From assembly GCA_964252035.1 (NCBI GenBank), contig OZ176216.1: DNA of 64,000 nucleotides; one strand, 5' to 3'. Each line of letters opens with the position of its first letter. Positions within the stretch are counted from its first letter, which is position 1. The stretch comes from Podarcis erhardii. Taxonomy: Eukaryota. Position numbers and translations under genes: made by a program. The notes beneath the pieces were generated by a model. It saw only the letters and a program-made list of their open reading frames with translations. It searched no databases and was not told the DNA's origin. This document shows, piece after piece, positions 47,999-62,170 of the stretch.

Positions 47999-48320
47999 CA
48001 GGGGTCAGCAAACTTTTTCAGCCGGGGGCCGGTCCACTGTGCCTCAGACCTTGTGGGGGGCCGGATTATATTTTGAGAGAGAAAACTGAATGAATTCCTA
48101 TGCCCCACAAATAACCCAGAGATGCATTTTAAATAAAAGCACACATTCTACTCATGTAAAAACACCAGGCAGGCCCCACAAATAACCCAGAGATGCATTT
48201 TAAATAAAAGGACACATTCTACTCATGTAAAAACATGCTGATTCCCAGACCGTCTGCGGGCTGGATTTAGAAGGCGATTGGGCTGGATCCGGCCCCAGGG
48301 CCTTAGTTCGCCTACCCGTG
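47999..48320. mobile_element. hAT/Charlie-like MITE with an internal 63-bp tandem duplication (48102-48164, 48173-48235)
   Basis: Imperfect TIRs CAGGGGTCAGCAAACT / AGTTCGCCTACCCGTG. TSD not recognisable. Confidence 0.7.
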
Positions 48321-48900
48321 CACTGCTACGTCGCCTCGCCGTCCTTGCAGCGAGGCGCTCTGGGCAATGTGAATGGCTCCGGCAGTGCTTTCCCTCCTTC
48401 CTCTTCCTCCCTCCCACCTTGGTGGGTGGCAACAGCAGTGGCAGCACCCTCCACCTCCTTCCCTCTTGGCCAGCCCAGGGGTGGGGCTTTGCCATCCACA
48501 TGGAGAAGAAGATGCTATTGCCACCCCAGCCCCAGTGACCCCACCCAGGCACGGCTTGCCTCACCGTGGCTCTGGTTTTGACGAGGGAGCCCGTCATGTG
48601 GGGCGCCTGGTTGTGCCCCCTCAGAAATTAATGCTGGGGCCAAAGCTTCCCACATCCCCATGCAGCTTTATTTTGTTTTTATTATTATTAATATTAAATT
48701 TATGTACCACCCTTCATCGAGAGATCCCAGGGTGGTTCACAGAATAAAATACAAGACCAAACACAAGCAAGTAATTAAACCAAAACAACAAAACAATATG
48801 CCACTGGTCTCTCCGTTTCAGACCTTCCCCTCAGAGGGTGACAGCAAAGGTACTTAGCTATTCTTAACCAAGAAGGTGTATACCTCATTTTGAGTCTCCC

Positions 48901-48972
48901 CCCTTTCCTTTCCTTTCCTTTCCTTTCCTTTCCTTTCCTTTCCTTTCCTTTCCTTTCCTTTCCTTTCCTTTC
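48901..48972. repeat. (CTTTC)n pentanucleotide microsatellite
   Basis: Direct reading. Confidence 0.92.
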
Positions 48973-51837
48973 TTCCTCCTTTCTTGATGCCACTTCAAAT
49001 ACCTCTTGTGAAAGTGCACCCTTAAGCCTGCCCCTGACATGAAGCAGAACCACAAGAACTTACTTGGTTAATTTAAAATAAAACAAAATAAACCACAGCT
49101 GGGAGTGCACGAGAGCTCATTAAAATCTTACAAGTTTGCTTTTTTTTTTATTCTGATCTTCCAGTTCACGATATCTTGGCAGCGCCTGGCCAATCCAGAG
49201 CATGGCTTCATTATCATGGCGCTATTACACCCGGGAAGCTTTGTGTACAAACAGCCTGTGCGAATTCTTCTTACACACACACACCAAATGAAAATTCCCC
49301 AAGCAGCCGACGACTTTCTATTACCGTTTCACAGTACTCTGGAGAGTTTTAAGATAGCAGCTTGATTAAGCTTGTGGGAAAAATACTATCAGCATGCTAC
49401 TCCACAGACAGAGATAATGTACTGTTGGCATTAAGTATGTTTAAGGGTAATTATCTTCCCCCTATTCATATTGGTTACATGAAAACCAAAGCAAACAGGA
49501 GTTTGAGGTGCAGTGCTCAGCAGTCCCGGGCAGATCAGGGATGGGTTAAGAAGGCCTTGGTGACAATTATAAGCCTCGATGAAATGTTATCCCCTGACTG
49601 GTGTTCGCTCTGCAAGTAGAGGAAGGAGCTTTCAGCCTCTGTTATGAGGAAAGGATTTATCTTTTCATTGGGGGCTGGTGTCAGCAATCAATCACAGGCT
49701 TTCGTTGGCAAGAACTTTTCTGTCAAGAAAACGGCGCCCTGTTTTTTCCTCCGCTACCACAGCAAAAGGGATTGGGGTGGAGAGCAGGGAAAATCAGTCC
49801 GGTTCACATTTATAGGCAAACGTCCCTAATTCACACCTCCCCAAAAAATCTGAAACACAGCTAGCCTTTGAATGTCACACTAATCTGAATTTTGCAGTGG
49901 GGTTCTCTGACCGTCCCCTGCTCCCACCACTGCCCAAAATGTGTAAAAAGTGCCTATATTAGGGGAAGCTGTTCATAAAAACCATACATATAATAGTGAA
50001 AGTAACATAAAAAAATTCATTCTTAGGAGAAACGGCTTGCAGAAACATGGGTATTAGACATAACTGCATAGAAGAATCTGCACAACTGTGAGGTTGGGTG
50101 TTTTTTAATAGGATTTTATTGCCATATTTCTGGGACATTTAACTGCTTGTGTAAGTGGTCTACTTGCATAATCATCATAATGTCAGAAGATAACTGGGAA
50201 GTTTCTGTGATCTTGGAACAGGTCTTTGCCACATGGAAGATGATGACCAGCTTTTTCTCCTCCAATGTTATACCACTGTCAGGATTTCCAAGTATTCCTT
50301 GAACACGTAAGACAGTGGTGTGCTTGCGTTCTCTTTTTTTCCATTTTGAAAGTTGTTTTGCATAGATGCATGGAGTTTGGCAGTGTGGTAGCTGAATATT
50401 TCCACAGAAACCTGGATAGTCCTTGTTCCTCGGTCATCTAAGTACTTTGGGTTTGTGTATAATTACGACGTGTGTCTGTGCAAAATTATTTACACGATGT
50501 GGGTTTTGACATTTCAGTCCTGTTTGGGAAGCCGTGGCAGTTTAAAAATAAGTGTGTGTGCTGGCGACAGCGATCTCAGTGAAGCAGGTTCAAAAATGCC
50601 TGATTTATTTTGTCCCGTAGGCAGGAAGTTGATATTGTAATCTCTGGTATATGAAGAGCATAACTCTTGGGCGTGTGTGTTCTGCGGGTTTCTGATGCTG
50701 ATCAAAAAGATTTAATTGATGGGTGAAGAAGTACAGAGGGCACTTTTCTGAAGGTAGCGAATGATGCCCCAGAGTTGTTTACCATCTTACAAAAATATAC
50801 ATTGAACTTGACGCAAAAGGAGTCGCTAAAAGAGACAGTTCCCTCCTGGGGCCTCTTCTGCTTCAGATGCACAGGCCACCTCTTACAAGGCAGAGTTGCC
50901 AATTGTATTACTTGTTGACTAGAATAAAATCAAGTTTTCCCATGACTTTTGTCTCATCTGTGCAGCTTTTCTGTATCTCCCACTCAGTCCTGGGATTAAT
51001 ATTTCGTGTATTTTTAAATTTTTTAACACACACTGCTCCTTTGCCTAATATTTTGAGTGGTTTGGGAGAAATCTATCATCCCTCTGCCCTCTTCTCCTCA
51101 CAAATATAGAGCATCCTGGTTTCCTTCTGACATTGCACAACCAGGTCACCGTTGTTGAAGAGCTGGCATAGGAAGGTACTTTCCCAGCTTTGTAATTTTT
51201 CTTTAAATGCCTCCAGTTACCAGTTGCTGGGGAAGATCATTGAAAAGAGGTTTGACCCCTTCCTGCCCTGCTTGTAGGCTCCTTGGGGGCATTTGACTGG
51301 CCTAGAGGGGCTATTTGGTCTGATCTATCCAGGATCTTCTCATGTTCTTATGAAATACTTTGTCAATATGGCTGCTTGCGAAGGCCACTTACTCTGCGTT
51401 GATCACTTTTGCTACTTTCAACAATCAAAAGCCTGCCAACTGTATGACCTCCCTTGTGTGTAAGAATGAAAAAACCAGCCTGCTAGATCAGACCAATGGC
51501 CCATCTATTCCAATATTCTGTCTCACAGCAGCCAACCACGTGTCCATGGGAAGCTTGCAAGTGGAACCTAAGCATAAGACCACTTTCCCCATCCTCTGTG
51601 GTTTCCAGCAAGTGGTATTCAGAAGTATTACTGACTCCAACAATGGAAGCAGAGCAAAGCCATCATGGCAAGCAGCCAAGTGTTGTGTTGGCCAAGTGTT
51701 GAGATCTCAATGTCAAGTCAACCTTACACTTCCAATGTGTTCTGCAATGAGGGGAACTTCCATCTCACCAGTTGTCTGTGATGCGTCGTGGGGTGGGGGC
51801 AAGTGGAAAGCAGATCTCCTGGTAGATCTCTGGGTAG

Positions 51838-52023
51838 AAGGGTCTTAGCTCAGTGGTAGAGCATCTGCTTGACCTGCTTAAGGTCCCAGGTTCAATCCTC
51901 AATGGTATCTCTTAATAGGGCTTGGCCTCAAACTCTGGGGAGCTGCTGCCAGTCAGTGCAGACATTACTGAGATAAATGGACCATTGGGCTGACTCAGTA
52001 AAGGGCAGCTTCCTAGGTTTCTA
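51838..52023 (+). mobile_element. tRNA-derived SINE
   Basis: TAGCTCAGTGGTAGAGCA (A box), GGTTCAATCC (B box), then a non-tRNA body and a GGCAGCTTCCTA tail. Confidence 0.75.
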
Positions 52024-53502
52024 TGATCTGCAGATAAATAGATAGATGATAGTTTCTGGCTCCCAATCATTCAGCAATTGCAAGGAACAAACTGTTTAGG
52101 CTGTGTAATCAAAGCTGTCGAAATGAAGAAAGCTAACCATGAGTGGTCTGTGGTGGGAAAAGACTGAGAGCTCACTTCAGTTCTGGTTCTGAAAAGAAAT
52201 TCCTAGGCTCAGAACATGCTGTTTCGTAATTCTAATGGGCTGTCTTTTGAAACCGGCTGGTAGATGCGGAGGTGCTAGCTTAAAAAACAAAATAAAAAAT
52301 GGATTTCACAAGCCTACCCATTCATGTGACCAAGCCATTGCTTGGAGAGAGCTGTGCCTCTGCTCATTGTTCTTCATAGGGAAGGTATCTTATCCCCTCG
52401 GTCATTTCTGTTCCTCAGTTTCCCTATAGCCTTTTCGAAGGGGAGCAGCCAGAAATGCAAATGGCAACAGTCTCTTGTCGGACTCTTTCTTAGTGCACAA
52501 CCTGTTGTGAAGATGCCTACAACAAAGATACAACAAGCATACCATCCTGCTTGCCTTGCCACTCCCTGCCATGTCTCCCAGGCCAGTAACACCCACAGCT
52601 GACTTTGAAAGCTACTTTGGGAGCTCAGCACTTTTGAAGAATTGTACCACTTATTCCCAGTGACTAAATATGGACTGGGGGAGTCTAACTTTAGACATTT
52701 ATTTTTCGCCTGAGCTGGCTCCTGGCCACACCTTTGGGTGTGTTTTTTTTCCTTTTCTTTTTTTGAAATGGGTACCGTGAATGTAAGCCTGGCCTCCTTG
52801 TAACAGAATCTTCCTGGCAAACCTGAAAAGGGGGCCATCAATGTGTTTACAGAGGAACAGAGAGTCCCGGAGATGGTGTCCCTTTTTGGAAAGCCTCCTG
52901 TCCATAATCGGTACCTTATGACTTGCAGCTGAAATATTTTGCTGTGTGCTTTGGCTCGGGCTTCGAAAACGAAATGCTTCGCGAGCCGGAGTGCAGCCCG
53001 CCCCCCCACCCCCACCCCTTGCAAAAACAACTCTCGCCTTGGCCCAGCCTTGCTCCAGCCGGATGAACTCCAAACTAAAATGTTTAAAAGGGTTTCTGGC
53101 ATCCACTGCTGTTTGTCAGGCGCAACTGCCGGATTCCATGCCTTCCGCGCGTGGCTTTAAAAATGTCTCCAGCGGGGGGGGGGGGCGTACGGAGGCTCGA
53201 CAGTGAGAGGTCTTGACCACAAGCACGGCGGAACAAAGGGGGCAGGCGAGAGCCCAGAGGTGGAAAGGTTTGCCTGGGCTGTTTCAGACTATAGGTGGGA
53301 GGTCACATTTAAAATAAAAATAAAAATGGTTGTTTATTATGTATCAGTGCTGAAAATGATGATGTCGTTGAGGACAAGAAGGCCCATTCAGAGCGAGGGC
53401 AAAAGTTCCCGAATACGAATATCCCCCAAAGCAATCACTGAAGGCAAGGACAAACATGATTGTGAAAAACATCCACCTTTTTGAACACCTAATCTAAGTA
53501 TT

Positions 53503-53852
53503 GGGAAGCTGGTGGCGCTGTGGGTTAAACCACAGAGCCTAGGCCTTGCTGATCAGAAGATTGGCGGTTCAAATCCCTGTGACGGGGTGAGCTCCTGTTG
53601 TTCGGTCCCTGCTCCTGCCAACCTAGCAGTTTGAAAGCACGTCGAAGTGCAAGTAGATAAATAGGTACCATTCCGGTGGGAAGGTAAACAGCGTTTCTGT
53701 GCGCTGCTCTGGTTCGCCAGAAGCAGCTTAGTCATGCTGGCCACATGACCCGGAAGCTGGACACTGGCTCCCTCGGCCAATAAAGCGAGATGAGTGCCGC
53801 AACCCCAGAGTCGGCCACGACTGGACCTAATGGCCAGGGGTTCCTTTATCTT
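53503..53852 (+). mobile_element. Sauria SINE, full length
   Basis: Collinear with the other copies. TSD TAATCTAA(G/A)TATT at 53490-53502 and 53853-53865. Confidence 0.93.
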
Positions 53853-54107
53853 TAATCTAAATATTAGCCATGGAAAAGAATAAAAAGAGAAAGCATCAGC
53901 ATTGGTAGAGAGGCAAGTATAGTGAAGGATGGATGCAACACAAATCACATACACTCCAACACTCCTCAGAGGCAAATAAGGACATTCTGTTGGGAGAGGG
54001 GAGGCAGTGCGGTTGCACGTTAACGATTTTCAGTTTTTCTTTTTAAAATGCTGTACTGATTTAAACAAAACAGTCAACAAAAACAATCTAAAATCAATAC
54101 ATATTAC

Positions 54108-54110
<3 letters not shown>

Positions 54111-54150
<40 letters not shown>
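54111..54150. repeat. (AG)n microsatellite; further (CA/GT)n tracts at about 14886-14908, 46304-46335, 57512-57535 and 57831-57876
   Basis: Direct reading. Confidence 0.9.
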
Positions 54151-54153
<3 letters not shown>

Positions 54154-55905
54154 CATACATAACAAATTTCAGGACTTTAAGATTTTCAGTTTTTCAGGTT
54201 GCAGATGCACCTCCTGAAAGCCTGGCTAGCTCCAGTGCCCACCCTTGCCCACCTAACTTCCTTGCCCCCCACGCCTCAAACGCCAGCCCCCACAGGCCTG
54301 CCTGCACCCCGCCAGCCAGACCCTTCCCTCCCACCCACATCCCAGAGACTGCTCCTGCCCTGGCTCATTCTTGTTTTTATTTGGCATGGCTGGCTGGCTG
54401 GGGGCCTGCCAGGTTGGAGAGTCACAGCCTCCCATGGCAGGGACAGTCACGATGGCCCCATTCCCCAGTTCCCCCTTCATCCTCCTGCTCCTCACTATTG
54501 ATGCTGCTGCTGCTAACTCCATCAGCCGGCCAGCCTGCCTGGCTCCTTCCCTTGCACCAGGGTGCAAGACTCATCCCTCTATCCCACACTCTTCCTTCTC
54601 CAACTCCCGTGAAAGCACATTTAAATCCTAAACCTCCAAGAATCCTGGGAACTGTAGTTTAACTCCAAATGAACTACAATTCCCAGCACCCCCTAGCATA
54701 CTATAGTTCCCAGTGTTCTTGGGGGTTTGCTTTAGGGTGTGTGCACACTGCGTGTTAACATGAATTCGGCACTGGATGCATCTGAAGAAGACTGTTTTGC
54801 ATCTTCCCATTGGGAAGAGGAAGAAGCCCAATGTTATTACATCACCACGTTCTAATAGCTCCATGCTTCACTCTCCATTCCTTCTTCCCTCTTAAGAACA
54901 ACATCTTAGTGGAAGATCTAGCGTTAGATGGTGAAAAGTGAGCTTGCCTCTTATAAACTTTCCCTCTTTGATTTCAACTTTGCATTCAGTGGCCCAGTTC
55001 TTTGGAAGACATCTATTCTCAAGAGATTAAACAGCGTTACATGGCAAAATAAATCAGATGTCGCATCGCAATTATAGCCTTATTATAAATATTGCAAAGA
55101 AAGTAGTTTCTCAAACTCTGGAGAGAGCTCCAGCCACTTACATCCTTCAAATTTGCTTTCAAGTCATGTATGCATTCAGTTACTGTACTTTTCAACCTAA
55201 AATTTTCTATATCACTTGGTTGATCACTCAAAAACAAAATAATACTGCATCTTCTTCACCTCAAAATCCACATTGTTCCCTGTGTGGATGAGATGAATGG
55301 CTGATTTAAAAGCAATAATTTCCTTGGGGGAAAACATACAGAACAAGAATAGAGAAATTCTAGTGGGTCTGGAAGCTTTTATATAACCTCCTTAGCAAAA
55401 GAGCTTGTGAGACAATCAAAAGAAGACAACATAAAGGAGTAATAAGCTGGTCTTGAAATGTTTTCGAGACACTGGCTGCATTTGTGTGAGTGTTAATTCT
55501 GCCCAGCAAACTTGTGAGTAGCTATGATCTTAACTGTTTTTGTTATACTGTATTGTTAATGGGACTCTGTTCACAGTGGAGAAACTTCTGTGTGCTTCAT
55601 CTGTCTGTGAGAAGTATCCCTCAATACACATGCTTTTTTTAACCATTGCAATGGAAAGAAAGCTCACAGAGGACTGAGGATCCTTTTGCAAATGTTGACA
55701 TTAGTGGGGGGTATCACGTTGAAGGAGTTCTGAGTCACATCTCCTTGTTTAGGAGTGCCCACCTAGACATGGTGGGGACAAACAGATTTCTTGTCCTTTG
55801 TCTGCCCTGTCTGCCTATAAAGAAGAGAGCCATGTGGGTCATCTTTCAAGCACTGTTGGTGCCATATAGAAAGGGTGTACTAAATCTCCCCACATACTTT
55901 CATAT

Positions 55906-56266
55906 GGGACGTGGGTGGCGCTGTGGGTTAAACCACAGAGCCTAGGACTTGCCGATCAGAAGGTTGGCGGTTCGAATCTCTGCGACAGAGTGAGCTCCCA
56001 TTGCTCGGTCCCAGCTCCTGCCAACCTAGCAGTTCAAAAGCACGTCAAAGTGCAAGTAGATAAATAGGTACCGCTCCGGTGGGAAGGTAAACAGTGTTTC
56101 TGTGCACTGCTCTGATTCGCCAGAAGTGGCTTAGTCATGCTGGCCCCATGTCCCAGAAGCTGTACGCCAGCTCCCTCGGCCAATAAAGCGAAATGAGCAC
56201 TGCAACCCCAGAGTTGACCACGACTGGACCTAATGGTCAGGGATCCCTTTACCTTTACCCTTTACC
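55906..56266 (+). mobile_element. Sauria SINE, full length
   Basis: (ACCTTT)n tail. TSD TTCATAT at 55899-55905 and 56267-56273. Confidence 0.93.
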
Positions 56267-57828
56267 TTCATATACCTGCTGCCCTGGCCTCTTTAACCTA
56301 ATATTTATTTATTGCATCTATTTGCCATCTTCATACCCTCCAACACATCGCGGTGAAAAACCGGGATGCCTTCTTCCGAGGAGTCGCTTGACCTGTGCGA
56401 GATTGCAGCCCCGAAAAGGTGCTTTTCAGGCATGGTTCCCCAAAAGCACACCTTCTGGGGTGCCACGCGAGCTGTGGCCCTGAAAATGTGCAGGAAATTA
56501 GTTCCTCCAAGGTGATAGGAGATGCCACACCTCTGCTCCCTTTGAGTGTACCTTTGTGAGCTTTGAGCAGTGTGTTTTTCCAAGGCCAGCTCTTGGAGAC
56601 GTTATGTATCTCAAGCTGCGTTAGCATTGCATAGCGTCGGGGTTAGTTAAGGTTAGCAATTTTATCCCTCCGATTTCTTGGCGCTCGTTGGCCTAAAGCA
56701 CCCCGCTCCTCAATTCCTGGGTACCTAAACAGAGAGTCTCTTTGTGCGACTGTAATGTTGTATGGCAGCATTTGAAATTTGAGTCTGAGTACACATTCCA
56801 AAAAAACCTGGGGAATCTCCCTGGTTTTCAACACAGAAAGAGGGGGAGGGAAGGAATTGCAACCTTATACATTTTTTGTTGTTGTTTAAGTTGGTAGCAA
56901 AGTTATACTTCCAGATCTCAACTTCTCTGGGGCCCTAACGAGAATGGGTTTGCTCTGTTGGTGACATATTTCGCCTGAAAAATAAATAAAGGAGAAATTT
57001 GCAAGCTCTAGGGATCTGTATTTAAAACGAACAGTCACTGGCTCACTTTTAATTTTCCCCTCTGCAAATAGTATTTAAACAGCGATGAGAAAAGCACTCT
57101 CTTGCTAAGCTACGGAAAACCTTTCTTGTCCTTTAATTCTAGATGAAGGGGATTAGTGTGAACATATTTAGCCTCTGACCTTCAGACAAAAGCATTATCA
57201 AATTTAGTGACCAAGTGGTCTCCATTTAACAGAACTAGTTCAGTCTCTTTGCCTCCTCCTTCTTTTTTTTCCAGAACGGAGAGGCAAAGTTCAAAAATCT
57301 ATTGTTAAATGGGACGCCTCTGTGGTGCTTTCTTCAGGTTTAGATTTGAAATGGTTGTCGGGGTATAAATGAGGAAAGAGGAGTCGACGCCAGCCTTGCC
57401 AGAGTGTTGGGGATCTGCCATGAGACTTTGGAAAATAAACAGAAAAGCACACCCAGGCAAACAATCCCACGGTGGCCTTGCAAGAGATCAGGCTCCTTGT
57501 GTTTTTGTGCGCACACACACACACACACACACACACTCTACGTAGATATTTGAAATGGTTGTCATGTCCCCTGCCGCTCTGCGATTATGCCTTCTTTTTT
57601 TCTCTGGTGGCGAAAACCAGACCTTTCCAACATCTTGATTCCCTCCATCTGGGGACAGCGAGCAATCTACGGCATCGATATTGTGAGTGTGTGCTTGGTG
57701 CGCCGAACCCACAAGAGGATAGGTGCCATCTGTGCTCCGATATCCAATCATTCAATGACTTTATTAGCTGACTTTTAACAGGCTCTGTTGGTCTTCTCCC
57801 TCTCTTTTTACTTTTCTCTTACTGGACC

Positions 57829-57879
<51 letters not shown>

Positions 57880-59976
57880 AGATCACCAAAGCAGAAGGCA
57901 CCAGCGGACACACACCAGGCATTTCAAGACCAAAGCCGGCCTCTTTATAAACCAGTGCTGAAATGTGTAGAGCTAGCTGGTCAAGAGTGCAGCCCCCCTC
58001 TTTCCCTCTCTCTGTCCACCGTAAAATATTCCGGCCTGCCCATGGAATGCCAGAAGGGGCCTCTCTTAAGCCGGTGTCCATTTACAGTTCATCTCTCATA
58101 AACTCGACCACTGGGGTAAGGGCAGCCGGCCCAGGCCTCCTGGTATGTGATTGATTATCTGGTATTTATGCCATTGAGGAGTTTTCAGCGGTTGAGGGTC
58201 AAGGGGTCATCTCGTGTGTCCTGCCGCAAATCCGTTTCCTTTTGTACAGTGAGGGCTGGGTGAACAAGCACACAAAACCCACCTTTTTTCTTTTCCTTGG
58301 GAAAAAAGGGAGGGGGACGGGCCAGTGTCAATGATTTTTTTCCCCTCCAGCCGTTCCTGAATAGTGTCCTTTTTAATTCTAAAGAACTTTAATTAAAAGT
58401 AGCAGGAGAAAAAAGTTCATCTTGACAAGGTTTAGCTTACCTTAACAGTTACTTGTGTATCCTGGGACCCTTGAAACCCAAGTTTTGGGACGGAGGTGGT
58501 GACTTCTTTTCTCCCAGTTCCCCTGTTGCTAATTAGTCTGTCTTTGGTTTTAATTAAAGCTGTGTCTCAAGAAAAGTAAAAAATAAAATATGATTCATCT
58601 GGAAATGTAAAAAAATAAAATAATGAATGCTGGATTTTCTCAGAAAGGAACCCACAATGCTAGTCTCTGATTTTGTGACCAATGCGAAATTGCTGCAGGC
58701 TTTCAAAAACTAATTCACGTTACCGATGTAAAAACCTGACCTCCAGTTCCAATTCCTCTGGCCAGATGACTACACATAGCAAACTACTAGCTTGAGCTTC
58801 TTCCCACAGAAGACAATGGGTAGATTGCCAAAGCCTGCAGTCCGTTGGGCTGTTGGCTTGCAAAAAGCTCTGACCAGCTTTTGTATACAAACACATTACT
58901 TTTGACTTGGATTTTAATGGCAGCATGTGACTGTGCGCCTATATACTGACAGGCAAAACAGATTGGGTTTTACTTTTTTTGATGTGTGGCTGGTGGAGAG
59001 CTCCTTGTGCAGGACAAGTAAGGATAACTAAATATTTATCAGGGAAATGCTGCCCTCTCGGGTGTGGAATCCATCAGTTGTTAAATCAATTCAGGGTCAC
59101 TTCCCTGCCTCTATTGGGGGGGGGGGGATTCCGCCCGAAATGGGACATGGGCTAGATTGCAGTTTAGGTAGGAACACGAGGCGTCTAGGTGGCTATAAAA
59201 AGTTCCAGATGGTGGCAGTGGTGGATTTTTTTTCAGCCTTTTCACCGTGTTTGGCTGGCACAACCTTTTTGAAGGTTGTTATTTTGTGCATGTGTGATGG
59301 GTTGATTGATCTTAGCTCCCTGGGCCTCCAAGGATGCTTTGCTGAAGAATTTATCCACGGAGCTGTGGTTGATCTTCATTGATGTGAGCAGCTCAGGGTA
59401 TTTATCAGGCTACCAGGTTTCCAGAGTGTCTGAACACTTCCGCTTTTAAAAAGAAGACGAGTTCAGTGGTTGTGCAAAACAGTCTGCAGACATCCTCTGA
59501 AATACCTTTTTGAATCAGCTGGCCATGGCTTCCCCTGTGGTTGCCGGAGTTCCCCTTTAACATCCTCTGTTCCCCCCATTGGAGTTAAGGTGATAAGTTC
59601 TGGATCGGACTGTTTCAGGCCTGGGTATGGCTATCCATGCTGCAGAATGAGGTGTTAGAGTCCTGGGGACAGGGAGTTCTAACTGGATTGTTATCACTTT
59701 GGGTACCAGGTGGGAGGTGTTTAAAAATAAATGCAAATACTTCCCCACTTTCATAAACACCCTGCAAGAAGAAAACCCACCCATCCAGAGAAGAGGTACT
59801 AGTCCAGCCCACCCATAGCAGAGCTAGTTTTCTACTTCAGGAAGAATGCGTTTTAATTATCTCGGAGAACATTTAGAGATTAGAGTGGCAGTCTGTTGTC
59901 CAAATCTACCATGTCCAGCTGCAAGTACGCCAAGAACAGAATTTGGGACAGGTCACATTTTTTGATGTTTCACTAT

Positions 59977-60350
59977 GTTTGTTTGTTTGTTTGTTTGTTT
60001 ATACCCCACCCAACTGGCTGGGTTTCCCCAGTCACTCCCAACAGAATATGAAAAGCACAATAAAAGAGCAAACATTAGAAGCTTCCCTAAACAGGGCTGC
60101 CTTCAGATGTCTTCTAAAAGTCAGATAGTTGTTTATTTCCTTGACATCTGATGGGAGGGCATTCCACAGGGCGGCCACCTCCGAGAAGGCCCTCTGCCTG
60201 GTTTCCTGTAACCTCACTTCTTGCAGTGAGGGAACTGCCAGAAGGCCCTCTGCGCTGGACTTCAGTGTCCAAGATGAACGATGGGGGTGGAGATGCTCCT
60301 TCAGATATACTGGGCCGAGGCCGTTTAGGGCTTTAAAGGTCAGTACCTTA
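59977..60350 (-). mobile_element. L2 LINE 3' fragment with (TTTG)n tail
   Basis: Minus ORF reads FKVLTFKALNGLGPVYLKEHLHPHRSSW...RQRAFSEVAALWNALPSDVKE. Confidence 0.88.
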
Positions 60351-61521
60351 AAGCCTTCCTGATCTAGAAAAATAGCACATGACAGGAAAGGGCCCGTTTT
60401 CTCCATGCTAAGGGCTCTGGCATCCTCTGCCCATAAGGGTATTTAATTTTGTGGAGGGGAGAGGCATTCAGAACTGCACCCTTTTACATACAGCCTGAAA
60501 GGGTACAGTCCAAGAAGAGGACAGTCTGCACTTCCCAAATATTTATGCTGCTTATTTATTTTGCCAGCTTCTGCTGGGTCGGTCTCCTTGGTGTTTTCTT
60601 CAGATAGTCCACTGAAGAAATTAAAATTTGCAATTCTGGAATTGGGGGAGAAAATTATTCCTAGCTGAATCTGGCTTTTCCAATGACACAAGGGCTGGTT
60701 TTTATGAATTGACCTTTCATTTAAAGTGTGTGTGTGTAAATGAATGAATGAATGAATGAATGGAGAGGCATGTGCAATGTGTTAAAGCTTTTTTATTATT
60801 ATTAAGCCAGAGTCTAGACCAGGATCTGATAAAGAAGGTGATAAAGCCCTTTGGTTTACATTAGTTCCCACCTCACATTCGGCTTTATCTGCACTGGGAA
60901 ACAGGAAATTTTACAGGGAAGATTCATCATTATGCAGCTTAGCTGTAGACACAGCCAGGACACAGCAGCCTGTTTGATTCTGGGCCCTGTTTGATTGGAA
61001 AAGCACCCACTGACATGGCCAGTCTGGAGAAGAAATGGCAGAGGACGAGCGTCCTTTTCTACCGCTTCCGCTGCTGTGCTTCTAACTCTAGGCAGTGCTT
61101 ACGTCTCCCTCTTCGGAGTTAATAGCTTCTTTCAGCGTAAGCTCTTGGCCTGTTCTATCGTTCATATTGGTTTAAAGATTGGAATATCATTGCAGTCTCT
61201 TTGTGCATCTAAATATAGACCCGTTTGTGATTATGGTGTAGTATCGCTAAGCTTTTCCTTCTCAGCTGCTTGACCAGATGGGACTCTTTGTTCCCATTTT
61301 ACTCTTCGTAAGAGCAAGCTAAGTCAACTTTTGCAGAGGATTTGTGCCTGCGTGCTTGTGTTTGTTTGTGTGATGTGTGCACAGGGGACAGGACAGGTAC
61401 AGGTACCTGTATCTATCTCTGTTCTGGTCCTTCTTCCACTCAGCCACTCAGGATGATGAGATGGTGAGATGTTTATCATCATTGCCTCTGGCTAACATGT
61501 AGAAGAGCCAGAATCAAAATA

Positions 61522-61975
61522 CAATGGTACCTTGGTTCTCTGTTCCAAAACCAAAGCATTCCAAAACCAAAGACGTGCTTTCCCATAGAAAGTAATGCAA
61601 AACGGATTAATCCATTCCAGACTTTTAAAAACCACCCCTTTATCAATTTCTGTAGTCACACAGTCAATCAATCAGTAGCTGAACTGGGTTCCACACAGTC
61701 ACAAAAGCAAATTAACCGAAAAAGCCTCAGAAACAAAAACGCAAAATAAATAGCAAAAACAAAAGTGCCAAACTTAATCCATTCCGGAAGTCCGTTCGAC
61801 TCCTGAAATGTTTGAAAACCAAGGTGCAGCTTCTGATTGGTGCAGGTGCCCCAGAAACAATAGCCGACAGCTGCATTGGATGTTCAGCTTCCGAAAATTG
61901 TTCGAAAACCGGAACACTTACTTTTGAGTTTTTGGCGTTTGGGAACCAAGGCTTTTGAGAACCAAGGTACCACTG
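61522..61975. mobile_element. Internally deleted copy (454 bp) of the Tigger-like MITE at 33613-34293
   Basis: Same TIRs and collinear interior, with two deletions. Confidence 0.88.
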
Positions 61976-62029
61976 CTCTATAGAGGTCTGCTCAATGCCT
62001 GTAAGCCCTAGTTTTTGTCCCCTTTCAAA

Positions 62030-62170
62030 TAAATATAAGTCAGACCATCAGTCCATCTGATTCAGTATTGCGAGCACTGACTTGCAGCAGCTCCCCAGAG
62101 TTTCAGGCAAGAGTCTCTCCCAGTCCTACCTGGAGATGTCAGAAGCTGAACCTGGGACCTTCTGCACCCA
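62030..62170 (-). mobile_element. Diverged tRNA-derived SINE
   Basis: CCTACCTGGAGATG...GAACCTGGGACCTTCTGCA with the shared body. Confidence 0.7.

Noticed and set aside
48102-48235. 63-bp direct repeat pair suggestive of an array
   Set aside because: Only two units, internal to a hAT MITE, with no spacers; not CRISPR-like.
52374-53102. Longest ORF (242 aa, minus strand), and other 60-200 aa ORFs
   Set aside because: No recognisable domain, low-complexity composition, and overlap with repeats or CpG-rich tracts; consistent with chance ORFs.
61009-61020. ACTGACATGGCC resembling the start of the next PLZF exon (TDMA)
   Set aside because: It does not continue as VFCLLCGKRF and has no polypyrimidine tract or proper acceptor; chance match.
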